Positions 61,087-64,000 of a DNA stretch of 64,000 nt are shown here, piece by piece; positions within the stretch are counted from its first letter, which is position 1, and each line of letters starts with the position of its first letter. The stretch lies in IMG/VR virus record IMGVR_UViG_3300048625_000299, positions 69,679 through 133,678 of that record. One strand, given 5' to 3'. The translations under genes and the position numbers were made by a program. The stretch comes from a virus. The notes below the pieces were generated by a model, which worked only from the letters and a program-made list of their open reading frames with translations, was not told the DNA's origin and did not search any database.

Positions 61087-61604
61087 ACGTCAAACAGTCA
61101 GTTGAGTACAGCTTAGTTGCTGCTCATTATGGCAAACGTCATGCTCAGCGGAGCCAAGTGCCGTTGATTAATCATATCGATGAAGGACTGACTGTACTTG
61201 ATCACATCGGCGCGACGAATGAAGCTAAGTTGGCGTTCTGCATCCACCCATTGGTGCAGAATGATACTGATCTAATGTTCTTCCATGATATTGTTGTCAA
61301 TATGTGTTATCCACGCGTCATTATGTTGGCAATGGAGTACCGTAGTGTAGCAAATGAGTATCTCAGCGAAGATGTTTGGGATGGTGGCGATATTCGTCTG
61401 AGCCCATTGAAAGATGTCAATGATATGTTGATCGCTGACAAGGTACAGAACCGTAAAGATTACATCACATACCACCAAGGGACACACTCGAAGTCTAACA
61501 TTTTGGACATATACTTCGGCGAATGGTTGGATGTGCTGGGCGTAACAGAAGAAGCATATCAAGCATACTGTAGGATTATCGATGACGGAAAAGGAACTGA
61601 TTGA
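61083..61604 (+). CDS. HD-domain phosphohydrolase of the SpoT/MESH1 (alarmone hydrolase) type
   Basis: AAHYGKRHAQRSQVPLINHIDEG resembles A..aH.gQ.RksGePYi.H. FFHDIVVNM supplies the HD dyad. Confidence 0.55.
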   Translation: MNVKQSVEYSLVAAHYGKRHAQRSQVPLINHIDEGLTVLDHIGATNEAKLAFCIHPLVQNDTDLMFFHDIVVNMCYPRVIMLAMEYRSVANEYLSEDVWDGGDIRLSPLKDVNDMLIADKVQNRKDYITYHQGTHSKSNILDIYFGEWLDVLGVTEEAYQAYCRIIDDGKGTD

Positions 61605-61833
61605 GTATTGGCAGCAGAAGAAGGCTGAGCTCCCAGTCGAGCGTCCTGTCGAGCGTCCTGCTGTGTGGACAAAAGAAGAAGCGATGTGTAAGATCCTCAC
61701 ATACCTGGCATACTACCACAACCGCAGTGAGGACTTCAATACACTAATGAAGTGCAGTATGATCATCACAAAAGGTCACACAATCCCTGCATGGGTGAAA
61801 GAAGCCGTCGAGGCTTGGAAAGAAGCAACATGA
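61582..61833 (+). CDS. Hypothetical protein
   Basis: ORF track. Confidence 0.4.
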   Translation: MTEKELIEYWQQKKAELPVERPVERPAVWTKEEAMCKILTYLAYYHNRSEDFNTLMKCSMIITKGHTIPAWVKEAVEAWKEAT

Positions 61834-62219
61834 AAATTTATCTAACTGGTGACCAATTCGTTAATCTGTTTTGGGAACTATATGGGCGGAAGATGGATAG
61901 CATCCACACCAAGACTGCTAGTCAGTGTGATCATGTCCTGTGGAGCTTGTTTGAAGTGTATGAGAAAGACGTGAAGGAAACGCTCGAAGGGGCGATGTGG
62001 GGGATCGAGGATTTCAATAGCGAAAGACCTAGTGAACTGATTGGATACCAATTCCACAAGAGCTTCCGCCAAGTTGATGTGATTCCAACCAAGCACATTG
62101 ACCAAATTATCTGGATGTGTTTGCAAGATGCGCCAGTGTTCTGGAAGTGTATGGACAAGGCTTGCATGATTCTCGCAAATGAGAAAGCAGCTGAACTTTA
62201 TGATGATGAGGTGTGGTAA
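61830..62219 (+). CDS. Hypothetical protein
   Basis: ATGA-coupled start. Confidence 0.45.
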   Translation: MKIYLTGDQFVNLFWELYGRKMDSIHTKTASQCDHVLWSLFEVYEKDVKETLEGAMWGIEDFNSERPSELIGYQFHKSFRQVDVIPTKHIDQIIWMCLQDAPVFWKCMDKACMILANEKAAELYDDEVW

Positions 62220-62425
62220 TGAAAATGATCAGATATCAAACACTAAACAAACGATTCGGCCATGAAGCTGGAACGATCGTATATCAGGCTCGTGGACACG
62301 ATTATGGCCTCGCGCGCGACGATACACACTTCACCGGTATAGATCACGTCTCTGTATCTCTGAAGGAAGATGGTGATTATCCATTCTTCACTATTCCTGT
62401 TGACCACTTGGTACAAATAGAATGA
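62213..62425 (+). CDS. Hypothetical protein
   Basis: ORF track. Confidence 0.4.
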   Translation: MVMKMIRYQTLNKRFGHEAGTIVYQARGHDYGLARDDTHFTGIDHVSVSLKEDGDYPFFTIPVDHLVQIE

Positions 62426-62640
62426 GTAAACACTTCGATGATTTGATGTACAATGCCGGACTGACGGCATCTGGCTGCTGGGATCAATTTGATGAGTATG
62501 ATAAGGAAGCAATCATGCGATACAGCAAATTGATAGTACAAGAATGCATCCGTGTTGGCAGAAATGCATTTATCCATGATAATAGCATCCTGCCAGTGTT
62601 CCCTGTGGAACAGATTAAACAACACTTCGGAGTAGAGTAG
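62422..62640 (+). CDS. Hypothetical protein
   Basis: ORF track. ATGA-coupled. Confidence 0.4.
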   Translation: MSKHFDDLMYNAGLTASGCWDQFDEYDKEAIMRYSKLIVQECIRVGRNAFIHDNSILPVFPVEQIKQHFGVE

Positions 62641-62773
62641 TGTATACCGTTATTCCTTTTCTATTTGGTGTCATAGGATGCCTTCTCGCCATCTTGGTCG
62701 TCTTCCTGATGGACGACCTAATCCTCAAGGGACACCTTGCACGTAAGCTACGTCAACGATTAGGGATTGAGTG

Positions 62774-63022
62774 ATGTGGCCATTCAATAAGCCTGAAGTT
62801 AGAGTGTCGCGCAGAAAGTCGATCGACATTACAAAGTTCGATACGCTGGAGCAGCTGACATATTTCCTCAGCAAGGTCAACCTTTTCAGGAATGCTGCTG
62901 TCGATGAAGAGTTTTGGGACGATCCAATGATCAAATGTGCACTAGGTGACAAGATTATCGAAACAACCTATAAGAATGGGTTGTGGGACTCAGAGAAAGA
63001 ATACAATGCATCCAAAGATTAA
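62774..63022 (+). CDS. Hypothetical protein
   Basis: ORF track frame. ATG follows a GTG. Confidence 0.4.
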   Translation: MWPFNKPEVRVSRRKSIDITKFDTLEQLTYFLSKVNLFRNAAVDEEFWDDPMIKCALGDKIIETTYKNGLWDSEKEYNASKD

Positions 63023-63431
63023 ACAAATCGTCGAGAGCCTTGGTGGCGCTGGACGTAATGAAGACGGCGAACAGCTGATTCCTGCGCTTATAGGCAAACA
63101 GATTCAACAGTTTGCTGATATCATTATGAGTGATGCAATCGATGCTGTGTTGTGGACCGATGAGTGCAACACCAGCGATCTTGCTTTTGAACAATTCCGC
63201 GAGAAGAAGCACGCAGCGATCGCCAGGTTTATACAGTTCCGCATGTGGCCCAAACACAAGCCAGGCACACCATTACATCAAATTATCAGAGATGGTGTCT
63301 ATCGCGATTTCACCGACGAACAGATCATGGAAGAAACAAACTATCTCGCCACTCGTGAGATGATTGCCGAAGCACGCTTCGAATGTGACCAAGCAATGGA
63401 GCGAGCCAACTTAATGGATGGAACACTATGA
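63006..63431 (+). CDS. Hypothetical protein
   Basis: Internal ATG overlapping the upstream stop. Confidence 0.4.
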   Translation: MHPKIKQIVESLGGAGRNEDGEQLIPALIGKQIQQFADIIMSDAIDAVLWTDECNTSDLAFEQFREKKHAAIARFIQFRMWPKHKPGTPLHQIIRDGVYRDFTDEQIMEETNYLATREMIAEARFECDQAMERANLMDGTL

Positions 63432-63781
63432 TACCACTACCACCGGTCGAAGGCGACTTGCTGCCGCCAGTCGGATCCAAGGTATTGATCCATCTCAACA
63501 GCCTAAGCAAATGGGTTGAACATGAGGTCGTTGGATACTATGTTTGGGGCAACCTCGGTGATGAGGAGAACCTCCATCGTGTGTTCGTTCGCGTCGTCGA
63601 TGCTGATGGTATCCTGAACGCTCGCTTGTTGTCTGACGTGATACCAGTAACTCGAACATGGGTAGACTTAACAGATCGTGAGCTTCGCGCAATCATCCAT
63701 GACCAAGCCCCAGAAGGTGGTTGGAGAGAGAAAGATCTGTGCTTGCATGTCGCAGGTGCACTACGTAGAAAGAATGCATAA
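63428..63781 (+). CDS. Hypothetical protein
   Basis: ORF track. ATGA-coupled. Confidence 0.45.
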   Translation: MIPLPPVEGDLLPPVGSKVLIHLNSLSKWVEHEVVGYYVWGNLGDEENLHRVFVRVVDADGILNARLLSDVIPVTRTWVDLTDRELRAIIHDQAPEGGWREKDLCLHVAGALRRKNA

Positions 63782-64000
63782 TGAATTTGATTATCGATGA
63801 TGAGATGAAAGAGTTCGGTCGCCAGATGGCGATGATCTTGCGCGACAGCGATGATCGTGAGCTGAAAGCTGTTGGCGATTGGATGCTTGCTGCAGTGGTC
63901 GATCTGACCAACCTGACGGCAGGCCCTGTCGGTGATGGAATGTATTTCATTCAAGACACTCGTTCATATGTCGGCAACTGTGTTGTGTGGTGGGGTAAGG
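63781..64000 (+). CDS. Hypothetical protein, 3'-partial (runs off the window)
   Basis: TAATG-coupled ATG at 63781. Open to the window end. Confidence 0.4.
   Translation, partial: MNLIIDDEMKEFGRQMAMILRDSDDRELKAVGDWMLAAVVDLTNLTAGPVGDGMYFIQDTRSYVGNCVVWWGK

Noticed and set aside
1-64000. tRNA genes (T4-like phages often carry a tRNA cluster)
   Set aside because: I scanned the longer intergenic stretches (1941-2209, 8719-8782, 16267-16416, 17640-17730, 21973-22046, 23445-23516, 28994-29101, 30767-30843, 34509-34682). I saw no GTTCGAATC / GGTTCAAATCC-type T-arm or cloverleaf-like pairing. tRNAscan is needed to be certain.

Overview
This 64-kb window reads as one contiguous stretch of a large, T4-like (myovirus-type) lytic phage genome. 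Nearly all genes are on the + strand, very tightly packed, with many ATGA/TAATG start-stop overlaps. I saw no tRNA, rRNA or CRISPR. Recognisable T-even-type replication and repair genes are present: a 5'-3' exonuclease/RNase H, PhoH, a PD-(D/E)xK nuclease, an ATP-dependent DNA ligase, two ATP-dependent RNA ligases (Rnl2/5-like and Rnl1-like), a split polynucleotide kinase/phosphoesterase, and two GIY-YIG homing endonucleases. One endonuclease is antisense behind a TATAAATA late-promoter element; the other looks truncated or frameshifted. Three accessory modules stand out.

(1) 17.6-23.5 kb is an NAD+ salvage island. It carries NMN adenylyltransferase/Nudix (natV-like) and nicotinamide phosphoribosyltransferase (nadV-like). 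The two are separated by an RlmN/Cfr-family radical-SAM methyltransferase, an ATP-grasp enzyme, a Macro domain and a nucleoside 2-deoxyribosyltransferase-like protein. natV and nadV each sit behind a consensus sigma70 promoter followed by a 5' hairpin with the same ATAGA loop.

(2) 24.2-28.3 kb plus 34.7 kb is an RNA healing and sealing set. It contains the Rnl5-like ligase, a standalone Toprim, a metallophosphoesterase, a P-loop kinase, the Rnl1-like ligase, and a CCA-adding/poly(A)-polymerase-like nucleotidyltransferase.

(3) 28.3-34.5 kb is an envelope-directed module. It holds a secreted PBP7-like DD-peptidase and a 554-aa coiled-coil/beta-rich protein, both on the minus strand. On the plus strand it adds several lipoproteins, an SPFH/band-7 lipoprotein, a membrane coiled-coil protein, a Gly/His/Ser-rich secreted protein and a TAXI-family solute-binding lipoprotein.

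Other notable items are a classic-clade AAA ATPase, a cytidylyltransferase-glycosyltransferase pair, a SLOG/DprA-like protein, a SpoT-like HD hydrolase, a GatB/YqeY protein and K/A/P-rich histone-H1-like proteins. The region from 35.6 to 64 kb is a long 'hyperplastic' run of about 90 small ORFs of unknown function. All calls rest on motif recognition by eye; no searches were run.
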